This document shows positions 27,080 to 39,199 of a DNA stretch of 64,000 nucleotides, one piece after another; the first letter of the stretch is position 1; every line of letters begins with the position of its first letter. Origin of the DNA: Felis catus. Its lineage: Eukaryota. Position numbers and translations under genes: made by a program. Under the pieces are notes generated by a model. It was not told the origin of the DNA, ran no database searches, and saw only the letters and a program-made list of their open reading frames with translations. Location of the stretch: positions 54,996,001 through 55,060,000 of the forward strand of contig NC_058368.1 in NCBI RefSeq assembly GCF_018350175.1. The letters are read 5' to 3'.

Positions 27080-27320
27080 TAACTTCATGGACACAGAGAA
27101 TGCCAAAACCTTGCACTTTATTCCCAGGGCTCAGACATCAGCACTGCCAAACAATTGCTGTGATTTGGAAAACATTCTGGATATTGATATTCAATATTTT
27201 TAACCTTTTGTCAGTAGGTGATGAATTAACTCAGCTCCAAGGCTGTTCCGGTTGACAGTGAGAGCTGATTTAACTCATTTCTCACTGCAGGGAGAAGAAT
27301 CAGATCCAGGGAGAACAGCC
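27080..27320 (-). pseudogene. Pseudo-exon resembling the end of an RGS22 domain
   Basis: LSTGTALELS*FITY*QKVKNIEYQYPECFPNHSNCLAVLMSEPWE*; splice sites eroded. Confidence 0.55.
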
Positions 27321-28561
27321 AATAGAAAAAAGAAAATGAATTAAAAATAAAATTAGTGTACTAGTACTTTAGCACAGTTAGGCATTCCAGAATCTCAGGG
27401 ATAATTAACATTCTTAATATAAAATATTGATGTTATGCAGTATTAATGCAGTATCACAGTAAGAATTGACAGTGTTTAATGTTTCATAGCAGCCTCCTAG
27501 CTGAGCATAGAACTTTTCACGAGCAAAAGGAATTTAATTTTAGATTCAAAAATATTAAAGCCATCTGGGATGGAATACAATTAACTCTCTCTTGCTTTCT
27601 TTACTACCTTACTTTACTCTTATGTAATGAGACTCCTCATTGTAAACTACTGCTTGTCACTACTTTGTAAACTTGAATAAGTTACTTGACCTTAGTGCCT
27701 CCTCATTTACAACAATAAGTAATATAAATCACACATCACCTAAATCAGTTATCTTATTAGGAAATGTAAAACTGTGACCTTCTATTTATTTCTATCATTC
27801 TGCATTTGTTGTTTGAAATTATGCTATATTTTAAAATTTACTCCAATCTAGTAGGGGTCTAATAACCTTGAAATATAGTCTATACAGGAAGTACAGAAAA
27901 AAGAAATCTTAATTTTTCTCACTTAACTGAGTTTTCACCCTAATGAGCTGTGTCCTCACAAATTCCAGTGTTCTCTGATGAGCATTGTTGTATTTCTCTC
28001 TAATTATAGATCTCTATTTCTATCTATCAACTCTGGGATTTTTATATACTTGATGTTTTCAATATATTTTAGTAATCATTCTTTTCAAACCACAAATGAT
28101 TCCAACTTAATGTAGTTGACTTCAAGCTGACTCCAGAGCGTTTTGAATGGACTCCATAATCTTTTTGTAGCTTCTATTCTTTATATTCAATAATATGTCC
28201 CAAACTTATTCATGCATTTCCTCCCCAGCATCTTAAAGGGCTTTTTCTCTGAGGATCCTCACTGCTTCTATTGTTGAAAGGCATTTAATGAGCAAAATCT
28301 AGGGTTAATAGAGTTGCCTATTGCCTATTACCTCTGTCTGTAAATCTTTTCAGTGGATGGTGTTAGAACATGCACTCAAAAATAAAAATAATATAAAAAT
28401 AACTTACATTGCTTTATTCAGTTCAAATATAAGATTCATACTATTTTACCCTTTATGTTGAAAAGGAATTTCCCACAAAATATTAACATAATTATTTCCT
28501 TTACCCTACGCTAACTAAAATTATATATAAAGTATGCACAAGATAAAAATAATACAAAAGA

Positions 28562-28708
28562 GGGACACCTGGGTGCCTCAGTCAGTTAAGGATCAGACTC
28601 TTGACTTCAGCTAAAGTCATGATCTCACGGTTCAACAGTTCGAGCCCTGTGCTAACAGCACAGAGCCTGCCTGGGATTCCCTCGCTCCCTCTCTCCACCC
28701 CTCCCCCT

Positions 28709-28757
<49 letters not shown>

Positions 28758-28770
28758 ACAAATTTAAAAA
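28562..28770 (+). mobile_element. CanSINE with long (CT)n
   Basis: Consensus. Confidence 0.93.
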
Positions 28771-29193
28771 GTAATAATACTTAGAATACTTAGAATACTA
28801 AGTTTGAGATTTTGCATTTATTTTTGTCCTTAGATATACTTTGAGAATATATAAACAATTGGACTGATTCTTTTCCTTTATGAGGTGTATCATTAAAATT
28901 ATATATAATTACTTTATTTGTTCCAATTCATTTTTGTCAAAATATTTTTCCTTATGTTTTATTTTGATTTTTGATTAGATAAAATATTTACATGATTCAA
29001 GCATCAAAATTGTATTATAGGTACATTCACAGGAATTCTTTTCATCACTGTTCTTTCCATTCTGTCCCCATTCCCTCCATATAAGTAATAATTTTTAGTA
29101 GTTTCTGCTTGATATTCATTCGTTTTTTGCAAAAATAACCACAGGGTGGGTTGGCGTGTGCATGTTCACTTTTTATTCTAAAATATATATGTG

Positions 29194-29233
<40 letters not shown>

Positions 29234-29691
29234 GTATGTATATATATCCTGTTTTGTGTTTTGTTTTTCACTCCATATCACAGTGTAGAGATCTTGCACA
29301 TATGCTTTCCCAATAGCATACTACTCTCTTTTGTGACTGTATAAGTTTTCTTCTCATTTACTTTCACTCAGTCCTTTATGGATAGACATTTTGATGGTTT
29401 CCAACATTGCTATTACAACTAACACCAGAGCAAACAACTTTTTTTGTAAGCCATTTTGTAAATTTTAGAATAAGCATTTAGAATTGGAACTGTACTGTAC
29501 TAAGATATAGATGCGTATGTAATTTTCCTAAGTGTCACCAAGTTCCTCTCCATAGGAGCTATGTATTTTGCATTTTTATCAGTGATGCATTTAGATATAT
29601 TGTCCATCGAGATATTTTGCCACTCCGACAAATGAGAAATCATACTTTTATTTTTCACTTTCTCTTGTTACATGTAAAATTAAATCTTATA

Positions 29692-29914
29692 TTTAAAAAA
29701 AATTTTTTTAACATTTATTCATTTTTCAAAAAGAGAGACAGTGCAAGTGGAGGAGGGACGGGGGGGGAGGGGATGGTGGCAGAATCCAAAACAGGCTACA
29801 GGCTCTGAGCTGTCAGCACAGAGCCCGATGTGGGGCTTGAACTCACGAACTGTGAGATCATGACCTGAACCAAAGTCGGACATGTTATTAACTGACTGAG
29901 CCACCCAGGTGCCC
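29692..29914 (-). mobile_element. CanSINE
   Basis: TSD-like tcttatattt. Confidence 0.95.
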
Positions 29915-30161
29915 CAAGTCTTATATTTTAAAGAACGTTTTGTATTTACTTTTCTGTGACTAGTATGTTCATATTTTACCTATTACTATATGCTTTTTGA
30001 TCTTCATTTTCTAAACTTTAAGAAACTTCTTATAAATTAGGTATATTACCTTTTGTGAAATATACTGGAGATATGTTTTCACCATTTATCATTTGTCTTT
30101 GGACTTTGTTATGGGTGTGGTTTTTGCTATTAATTTGTTATTTATATTGTGGTATAATTAC

Positions 30162-30300
30162 CTTATTAATTGCCCCTCATGTATTTACTTGTTGCAGATC
30201 ATTGTAAAGATCTATACTAGGAGAAAGGAATACAATCATAAATATAAGGATTATTCGTCGGAAGGGTCATTAAAGAGATCATCTAAGTACAGTGAAACTT
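30162..30300 (-). pseudogene. Pseudo-exon (phase 1/0)
   Basis: VSLYLDDLFNDPSDE*, frameshift, FLSPSIDLYNDLQQVNT*GAINK|gtaatt; phase matches preceding exon. Confidence 0.45.
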
Positions 30301-30509
30301 CTATATTTGGGTATGTATAGGGAATACACAAATACATAAGGGGTTGTAATATGTATAATATCATAATTTGCTATCTTATACTCTAAAAATTAACCCTTAC
30401 ATTGCTTTCATTTTTTATCACAAAAAATAAATGTGTAATTGGTATCTACAGAGGTCAGGTTGCTTATAATGAAACAGTATTTAGGTTAAACTTGTAAAAT
30501 TATTAATCT

Positions 30510-31400
30510 AAGACTTTCACATTTAGATATGATGCAGGAATAGGTACTGTATTTAATCTTTTGCCTAAAATAACAGAAAAAAAATAGCTGAAACAATGGT
30601 TTTCAGAAATGGGGAGACACAGCAATATGAGTTAGGTATTGTTAAATAAAATTAAGGTAAATTTTAAGATTCGTACCAGTTTTCTGCCTGCAAAGAGTAT
30701 CCAGGCTTCGGTGCAGAGCGACACAGAGTAGAGAACACAGATTTCAGAGTTTGGGTAGGCAAAGCAACCAGAATTTGCATAGCAAACACTTTAGAGGAGA
30801 CAGCTACAAGGAGAGAGAGACTTAAAAAAGAACATGAAAGAGATATTCAAAAGGTCCCTTAAGTATTTTACTGAGTACTAACTTAGACATGATTATGGGA
30901 GAACTACCTAAGACTGAAAAAGAACATCTACAAACAAGTTAGGAGAAAATCTCTGAGATATATATATGGCCAACAGAAAGTCTTACTTTGAGATTCCCCA
31001 GAGTTTTGTCTTCAGGGTAGGAACAAATTATCCCTAGATTTAAAGTTGCTCTGAAACACCCTAAAAATTTTTAAAGCAAGCTTCAAAAAGATCGAAGTTT
31101 GAATAACTTATTGGCATCCCAGATAAATATTCAACCGTATTTACAGGAATGAAGTTAAATTTACCAATCAACAACATAAAGGGTCAATGTCTAGTGAACA
31201 ATAAAAAATTACTAGGCATGCAACAAAGTAATAAATAAAAAGATTCATAATAAAAAAAAAGTATCAACATAAACAAGCCCAGAAATAATAAGAATTATAC
31301 AATGACTATGCAAGAAAAGTTGACAAAAACATGAACATATGTGAAGATGTAAAAAGAATGAAATCAAATATCTGGAGATGATAATCACACTGAAAGAATG
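30510..31400 (+). mobile_element. Old L1M 5'/ORF1-region fragment
   Basis: aaaaattactaggcatgcaa...aaatatctggagatga. Confidence 0.55.
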
Positions 31401-31586
31401 TTATCATATACCACAACCACATCAAAATCCATTAACAACAAAAATACAGATCAGTTCATGAGTTACAATACGTTATATGAAATTTGGTTATGCATTTATT
31501 TTAAAAAGAGTTCAAGCTCCCCCTCCCCTCAGATTTACTTTTTACATTGTATTTTCCCTCTATCAATAATCAGATCTTTTCTCTAC

Positions 31587-31987
31587 TTAGGTCATGGCAC
31601 ATTTCCAACAAATTAATTTTTTTCAATATAACCAGCAACCATTTCTTACAATCTTCTGCTATACTGGAACAATCATCCTATTTCATTTTTATCCAAAGTA
31701 GTTTTGTTTCTACCCATTTGATTATCTCATCATTCCACTTCATTGTTCCTTTAAATAAGACTAATGTACAGGAATGCTTTGGAAATTTACACATATCATC
31801 GAGTTTCCAAGAATTTGTTTCTATTCCATTTTTAAAATATAATAAAAAGTCCACAAAACACATAATCTTCACAAGTGTGTGAACCTTGATCACTGAACAG
31901 TTCAATTTATATTGAAAAATCTGTTTCGGGGTTGATAATTTTAATAATTGGCAAAGGGATTTCCTGTTTTGTATTTGATTTTTATTT
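31587..31987 (-). pseudogene. Pseudo-exon, about 133 codons with one stop (contains track ORF 31678..32043)
   Basis: cttattttctattttag|NKNQIQNRKSLCQLLKL...LLWIKMK*DDCSSIAEDCKKWLLVILKKINLLEMCHDL. Confidence 0.65.
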
Positions 31988-32292
31988 CTAAAATAGAAAA
32001 TAAGCCTGAGGAAAAAGCCTGGGAAATCAAGGAAAAAGAACATTAAAAATATAGAAACAAGGAGTTTTAGGCTCCCAAAATGCTGGTGCTTCCTCTCTCT
32101 CTCCTTAATATTTATTTTATATGTTATTGTACATTTAATTCCTGCTATTAATTCTCATTTCTTTAATTTTATATTTGTTTCTTAAGTTTTGCAAAGTTTT
32201 GAAACTAAGTTTAGGTAAGCAACATAAATGAGAACACACCATAGTAATTCTTTTTCAGATAGCACTGTAACAATAAGCAGAATCCTTCCTAC

Positions 32293-32633
32293 CTTCAAAG
32301 GTACTTTGTTTACACAAATGTAGTGCAATTTATCAGCAGAAAAATGCCCTTGTATTCAGAGAGAACATACAAGTTCAAGCCCAATTCTGTGAATTTTCAC
32401 CCAAGCCACCAAGTCTTATTACTAGGGAGATCTTTATGCATAAGAGTCTAAGGTGCACTTTGTCCTGTGAGAGTGTTGCATCTGGTATGGTGATGACATC
32501 AGAAAACATTTCTAAGTTTAAGCAGTTGAAAGGATGTAGAGAGAGAGAAATATCACAAACCCAGATTTCCAGCCTAATCCTTATCCTTTTTCCTCTTAGA
32601 TTTGGTAGATTTCTGCATTTCTAATTCTGAGCC
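32293..32633 (-). pseudogene. Pseudo-exon, RGS-like
   Basis: Long open frame RLEIWVCDISL...LSQDKVHLRLLCIKISLVIRLGGLGENSQNWA*; donor aag|gtagga. Confidence 0.55.
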
Positions 32634-32744
32634 CTACGACAGATTTATTCATGGTGTCTATCGTTCTGTCAAAGCTTTACTATTCCACCTATCTCAGTAT
32701 TTATATTTCAATATTTACAATATGTTTAGAAAGCTCTTAGTTAG

Positions 32745-33056
32745 GGATGGAGCTAGACAGTACAGTGCTAAGTGAAATAAGTCAGTCAGATAAAGACAAA
32801 TACCATATGATTTCACTCATATGTAGAATTAAAGAAACCAAACAAATGAATATAAGGAGAAAAGAGAGAGAGAAATACCGAGAAACAGACTCTTAACCAT
32901 AGAGAAAAGACTCATGGTTACCAGAGGGCAGGTGGGGGACACATGGGGGAAATAGGTGATGAGCCCTGGGTGATGTATGGAATTGTCGAATCACTGTGTT
33001 GTATACCTGAAACTAATATAACACTGTATGTTAACTATACTAAAATTTAAAAAAAC
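32745..33056 (+). mobile_element. Carnivore L1 3' end
   Basis: gctaagtgaaataagtcagtcaga...cctgaaactaatataacactgtatgttaactat. Confidence 0.9.
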
Positions 33057-33086
33057 TGTGTTGGGACCATGTCAAGATGACAGATT

Positions 33087-33213
33087 TGGGGCACCTGCAT
33101 GTCTCACTTGGTTGAGCGTCTATTAATTTCAGCTCAGGTCATTGGTGGATTGAGCCCCATGTCCGGCTCTGCGCTGGGCATGGAGCCTGTTTGAGATTCT
33201 CTCTGTCTGTCTG

Positions 33214-33257
<44 letters not shown>

Positions 33258-33629
33258 CCTCTCTCTCTGGTCATCACTCCCACTTGCATGCTCTCCCTCT
33301 CTAAATTAAACAAAAAACAGGTTGGCAGATTAATCACTGAAACACCTCTAATTCATTGTATCATATTGTATTTGATTCTTTTTTCATAAATATTGTTGCC
33401 CTGGGGTGCCTGGATGGCTCAGTCATTTAAGCGTCTGACTCTTTGGTTTTGGCTTAGGTCATGATCTCATGGCTTCATGGGTTCGAGCCCCGAGTTGGGG
33501 CTGTGTACTGACAGAGCAGAGCCTGCTTGGGATTCTCTCTATCCATCTCTCTGTCCCTCCCCTGCTTGCCCACCTGCCCTCCCTCTCTTTCTCTCTCTCC
33601 CAAAATAAATAAATAAACTTAAAAAAAAA
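33087..33629 (+). mobile_element. Two CanSINEs (33087-33320, 33403-33629)
   Basis: Consensus. Confidence 0.93.
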
Positions 33630-34281
33630 TGTCTGTTGCCTTGAAATCTGATCCCTTCTCCACCAAGTAAAATGCTTGCTTCTGACCTTACTATGATGGG
33701 GCAGGCTGTTAAGGTCATGTTAGTACTTATCTTACCTCTTTCCCCTTATTCACTATTATCACTGGTATCAGTTTCAAGTGTGTTATATATATTTTTCCAA
33801 TCATCCTCAAGTGCCCTCTGCCTTAACCTCTGCTATGTCTTGAGGCTGGTTTTCCCATGAAATACATAAGATTTCTTCAGATCATATGGACCTAAAAAGG
33901 AATAATTAGTGTATAGAAGCAAAGCTGGCTCTTTATATGTGAAAATAAAAACAAAAAAGGTTGTATGAAAGGAAGCACTTTTTTTTTCAATTACTTTCCC
34001 TTTCCTTAAGAGCAACTGCATAAAGACATTTCAAAAAGATATGTTAACTCCAGTTAAAGAAAAATAGGCTCAAGCTAATGAGATTGAATCTGTTCTATAG
34101 AAAACCGAACTTGAAGAACTATCCACAAGCACTGAAAAGGAAAGTGGATGAAAAAGCATGAATGAAAAGATGGAAGGAAAGAATCTGTGCAGTTACACTG
34201 GTAGAAAAACCTGGCACTTACATTCAACAATCCTTGTGTTAGGAGAGCTCATCTAAACTTGTCATTGTCCTTGACCCATCT

Positions 34282-34471
34282 TTTTTTTTTTTAAGTTTAT
34301 TTATTTTGAGAGAGTGAGCGAGCATGTGCACAAGTGGGAGAGGGACAGACAGACAGAAAATCCCAAGCAGGCCCCTCACTGTCAGCCCAAAGCACAAGGT
34401 GGGACTCAGATTCACAAACCATGAAATCATGACCTGAGCCGAAGTCAGACGCTTAACTGACTGAGCCACCC
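34282..34471 (-). mobile_element. CanSINE
   Basis: Antisense consensus. Confidence 0.93.
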
Positions 34472-34749
34472 ATCTCTGTCTTTAGTCCATAATTACTGTC
34501 CCCAATTTTGTCACCTCCTTCAATATATTAGTGCCATCATTCTCAGGACTGTAGATAAGAGAATTAATTAAAGACCTGAGCTGCAAACAGGATGGGATCT
34601 CTGAAACAAGCCCCAGTAAATCAGTAGGATTAGGAGCATGAATTTTAAGGCAAATTAGCTCAGACATGGTCTATGCTATGAGTAGCCTGTTGGATAAATC
34701 TGTCTGAACCATGCAGTATTATATTAGTTTCAGGTGTACAATACCACCA

Positions 34750-34932
34750 CTCTCCAATTTAGTAGCCACTAGCAACACGTGGCTGTTTAAGATTATATTA
34801 AAACTAAAAATTAGTTTAAATTCAGTTTCTTACATGTCCTAGTTACATTTTAAGTAATCAACAGCCAGCATATTGGAGACTGCTGATTATAGGACATTTG
34901 CATCATTGCAAAAAGTTTTATGAAATAATGCA
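34750..34932. mobile_element. MER33/MER3-like MITE
   Basis: gtagccactagcaacacgtggct...catcattgcaaaaagtt. Confidence 0.6.
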
Positions 34933-35233
34933 TATCTATAGTCCATGATTTTTAAAATGGAAATAACAAAAGTAGGTTCTAAGAATGTATTGTGTATTGG
35001 TTTGTTACGATTTCAAATCTACTTGTTTATGACTTCAGTGAAGTTGTTTTGATCTAAGGTTGAATTTGTTTGCATTGAGGAAACTGTCAGGATGTTGTCT
35101 ATTGTTGATAAGTGCTCAGTAGCTCAACTGCTGATGAGCACTGCTAGGGACTTACCAATAAAAACACATGGAAGAGCGGCAATGATGTAATGGATGTTTA
35201 AACTTTAAATACCAAGAATTGGTGAAGACTTAC

Positions 35234-35321
35234 TCAGGTGTTCACTCTGGCCAAGGCTACTCTTTGTTGATTTAAAAAGCTTTCTAAAACATCGGACTTT
35301 ATTCCTTTCATCTCCCCCTGC
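35234..35321 (-). pseudogene. Pseudo-exon (phase 0/1)
   Basis: ttgttccag|AGGDERNKVRCFRKLFKSTKSSLGQSEHL|gtaagt; phase matches 36136 donor. Confidence 0.6.
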
Positions 35322-36135
35322 CTGGAACAATAGTGTAATTAATCCATCTTGGTTTGGAGTATGTGATTTCTTTAGGACTTATTAAGAGACATCATTCTGT
35401 ATACTATTGGCTTGTGAAATATTACTACCATAAATTATAATTCCCAAAATGAACCTGTGTTAAATAAATTATTGATGAAGACAATTTCAGTCTCTGAGAA
35501 TAATTTTGCCTTGAATAAAACAGAATGGCAAGAGATACTGTCTTTTAGGTTTCTCAAATGACAATAGGCTTCTCCTAAAGCACTTCTACTAAGAGGACGC
35601 ACAATATAGTTATGTAAAGTGTCACATGGAGCTAGACTACTTAGGAACAGACCAGATTTTCACTATTTACTGACTGAATGAGTTTTTCCAAGTCACTTTA
35701 TTGTACTGTATCTCAGTTTTCTCACTGAAAAATGGAAATACTAGTAGAAGCTATGCCTAGGGTTATTCAACTTCAGTGCATGTAAAATACTTCCTGTAAC
35801 ATAGTAATTCCTAAAAAGTTGTTAGCTATAATTATTTTATTATTACTGTATAGTTACCATATATGTTCAATAAGAATTATGGCAATAATTCCCATTATTA
35901 AGCCAAGGACCTCTCTGGTACAAACTATCACCCCAAGTCCTGAATAGAACTTGTACACAGAAATTTGAACAATATATGTTTGAAAATTATAAACTATAAG
36001 TTGCTGTGTACTGCTAATCTTATTTATATATAAACTATGCCAATAAGAAAGGTTAGGTAATTCTTCAGGCCTGTGATCCACCCCATATATTCATCTAGCA
36101 AGTCACTGACAGAAGGCAGGACAATGGTAACTCAC

Positions 36136-36437
36136 TTTCATGTATTCACGATCATTTGTTTTTACAATAAATATTTCAATTAAAAATGTTTTCATTTGAT
36201 TTTCAACTGCAAAGAAAAAAACAGTCAAGACATTTATTTCAAGGACGTTTTCAAAAAATTAATCCTCCTAGTCTTTGAAGTATTTCCGACAGCCATTGAA
36301 AGTCTAGATCTGAAGCACCAAGAGTTATTCTCATGTCTCTTAGCTGCTCATTAGTTTGATGTATTTCTTACAGATACCAATACTGTCAGGCTGCTGATCG
36401 ATTACAGCACATGGCTTGACCTCATTATCAGAGAGCT
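36136..36437 (-). pseudogene. Pseudo-exon with RGS helix 1-4 motif
   Basis: DFQWLSEILQRLGGLIF / LKTSLK*MSLTVFFFAVENQMK...EYMK|gtgagt. Confidence 0.7.
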
Positions 36438-36782
36438 CTAATTATTTTGGGTAGATATTGAGAATTTTATTTTCAGAAAGCAAATGCTAGGAAGGATTTT
36501 AACTCTAAATTGTGTTTTAAACCACAAACATTGTATCCATACTAATATAATTAGCAATTATTTAAATAGCTGAAAATTCATGCTTTATATGTAGTTCTAA
36601 AAATTATCCCTAGAGAAAATATTCCTGTCAAAACTGCCATTTAATTTCATTAATAAACACACAATGAAATGTATTTTACTACATTCAAAATAAGAAATAC
36701 CTAAATCTTGTTAATGAACCAAAAGGACCAAAAGTAGTTAGGAATAAACAACAAATAAGTCAGTAATTTGTATGTAAAATAC

Positions 36783-36931
36783 CTGTTTTTCACATGCTCA
36801 TGGAGTTCTCTCATATCAACATCAATCAAAAGGTTATCTTTTTATTTCCTCTTGGTTCCAGAGAGATATACACTCCAAGGAAAGTCAGTGCTTAACCACT
36901 TTTTCCATACAGAATACTGAATGAACAGGTG
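36783..36931 (-). pseudogene. Pseudo-exon (phase 0/2)
   Basis: gtctttatatag|HLFIQYSVWKKWLSTDFPWSVYLSGTKRK*KDNLLIDVDMRELHEHVKNR|gtattt. Confidence 0.7.
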
Positions 36932-37246
36932 CTATATAAAGACATACTATGAACCATGTCAAAACTCTATTTCCTCATTCTAATTCCATGGAGTCACAAA
37001 ATTTCCTAGAGTTTAGCATGCTAGTAAGTACTATTTAATATATTGTCTTAGACAAAAGTTTCTCAGATGTAACGTATATGACAAAATAAGTGGACAAATT
37101 TGGAAAACACTGCCAATGTGATATACATATGAATATTTCTCACAGAAATGAAGAAAGCAATTATTTTTGAACACTGCACTTTTTATACAATACCAAAAAT
37201 ACTCCTGAACAGTAGTGGGATTTTGTTTGTTTGTTTTTTAATATAC

Positions 37247-37334
37247 CAGGGTATTCTCTATGAAGTGTGGAAAAGAAGGTTCATTTCCTCCTTTGGACAC
37301 ACTGTTAGAATCTTATGTGGAAAACATGCTCCAT
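37247..37334 (-). pseudogene. Pseudo-exon with mutated acceptor
   Basis: GACFPHKILTVCPKEEMNLLFHTS / ENTL|gtatat; bridges the phases of flanking exons. Confidence 0.5.
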
Positions 37335-38080
37335 CGCAAAAATAAGGTTATTTGGTTTAATTCCCTAAAATAGTGTAAATAACATATCTACATCCTTGAG
37401 TTAGGATAAAGAAATATTAGATTGTGAGACTGTCCATTTGCCAATGTTCTAGAGACTACTAAGGAAACCATGAATTCTTTGAAACAGAATGATGACCAAT
37501 AAGCTGCCCTATAGTACTTTTGCACTTATTAGGCTCATTTTACAGCTATGGAAATGCAATTACGAAAAATTAGTAACTGGCTCAATTTCTGACTGCTCAT
37601 AAGTGCTTAGACTGTATTCCCAACCACTACAATATAATGGCTTTTTAAGGAATGTGGACATTTAAGGAAAAATAGAAAGAACCCAAGACCCAAATTTATG
37701 TAAGTAAATAATGCTAAAGATAAAAGAAGAAAAGGTGGAACCAGATTTAAGAAAGCAGCTAGCCAAAAATTACATATTCCAGAAAGCTATTTAAAAATGC
37801 ACTAAATGAGACTTTTGGCTTTAACAACTAAAGACAGTGTAAAACCTCTACATAGACAAACAGAGCAGAAAATATCCTTCTAGGGAAAAGTCAGACTCTG
37901 AGAGTGAGAAGAGAAGAAGGGGGTGAAATGATCACGCCCAGTTGATCTTTAACTCACCCAAGAGAGAGAGCAGTGGGAGTATAAAAAGGGAACAGGAATT
38001 CAGGGCTAATGAACATCTCTCCCACATTGAAGAAATCATCAGTGCTGGGGAGTGAGTCTTTTCCCTTCGGTATATGTTAC

Positions 38081-38352
38081 CATAAGCTTCAATGTTCTCG
38101 CCAAGCAAATGACTAAACTAGATATTCTTCTTCTTGTACAGTTGAATGTCTGTGTCATAGAGATCTTCCTCTGCTACCTATACAGTGCCTAACAGAGTTA
38201 GTATAGAGTTTTCTTCGTGGAATACTTTAATTCTGAAGCCAAGATTGATTTCCCAGTGCCATTTATACACACAAGCACATGGGATGTGGTGTGTTAAAAG
38301 ACTACGAATTTATTTGGGCATTTGTGGAAATACATCACACATTTTCTGTGTC
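38081..38352 (-). pseudogene. Pseudo-exon (phase 2/1)
   Basis: gtttttgtag|TQKMCDVFPQMPK*IRSLL...FSHLLGENIEAY|gtaaca; one frame, 3 stops. Confidence 0.7.
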
Positions 38353-39199
38353 CTACAAAAACCTATCTCCTAAAGTGATCTTGATATTTATCATGATCAG
38401 GGTCTAAGCTGTCAGAGGACACAGAAATAAGTAAGGAAGACTGGAATATAGATAAAATTGGGGTTTTATATGGGGTTAGAGATACAAGCTAAGCTTGTAT
38501 CTGGAGATTGGCAAGCAGAGATATGATTACAAAAATAAAAAGAATTCAAAACATTTAGATCTATATTAGTTGAAACTAAAATGGGGCAGAATATAGGAAT
38601 ATATGTTTAGACTGTTTTGAGGCAAACTCTGATTCTGAGTGTTCAATGGGGAGAGATGTGGTAAGGCTATCAGTAGGATTCTAATTTGGTGAAAATTAGA
38701 ATAATAAAGCATCTAAGACCAGTAAAAGATTTTAGGAACCCTAACTCCAAGCCTGATGTTCAAAGACTTCAAAATCTATCCATTGTAGCTTTAGAGCAAT
38801 TCAAAAACAGAAAGAGCATTAAAAATGACTTATTGCTGAGCCCAGTAGCTACTGAAGTAGAGATAACGACATAGGACTTAATTAAAATAATAACTGGACT
38901 ACAATAAGGTAAAACTAGATGTGGTACAGATTGTTAAGAATCATTTTCATTATAACCCATCCCTAAGTATAGCACACACTGAATAATATTCATATTTGTA
39001 AATGTTGAAATTTTAGAACTGAGAATTACTTTCAAGAAGTACTATTGATTCCCTTCCCTTTATAGGTGCACTCAATGATTCATTCATTTAGCAAATGTCT
39101 GAGAGATCTTAGTAAATTCCAGGAATTATGTTAGATGTAAGAAATTCACAGAGAATGAAACAGATCACCTTACTGTTTGAAGGCCATTATAAACCCTAC

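Larger units (their letters stand above)
28000..30150 (-). mobile_element. Old L1M fragments with two SINEs
   Basis: Antisense L1 3'-like motifs (atggatagacatttt, tttgcattttt); boundaries approximate. Confidence 0.6.

Noticed and set aside
30198..30310. Plus-strand exon reading (gttgcag|IIVKIYTRRKEY...|gtatgt)
   Set aside because: The minus reading fits the phase and domain order of its neighbours better; not fully excluded.
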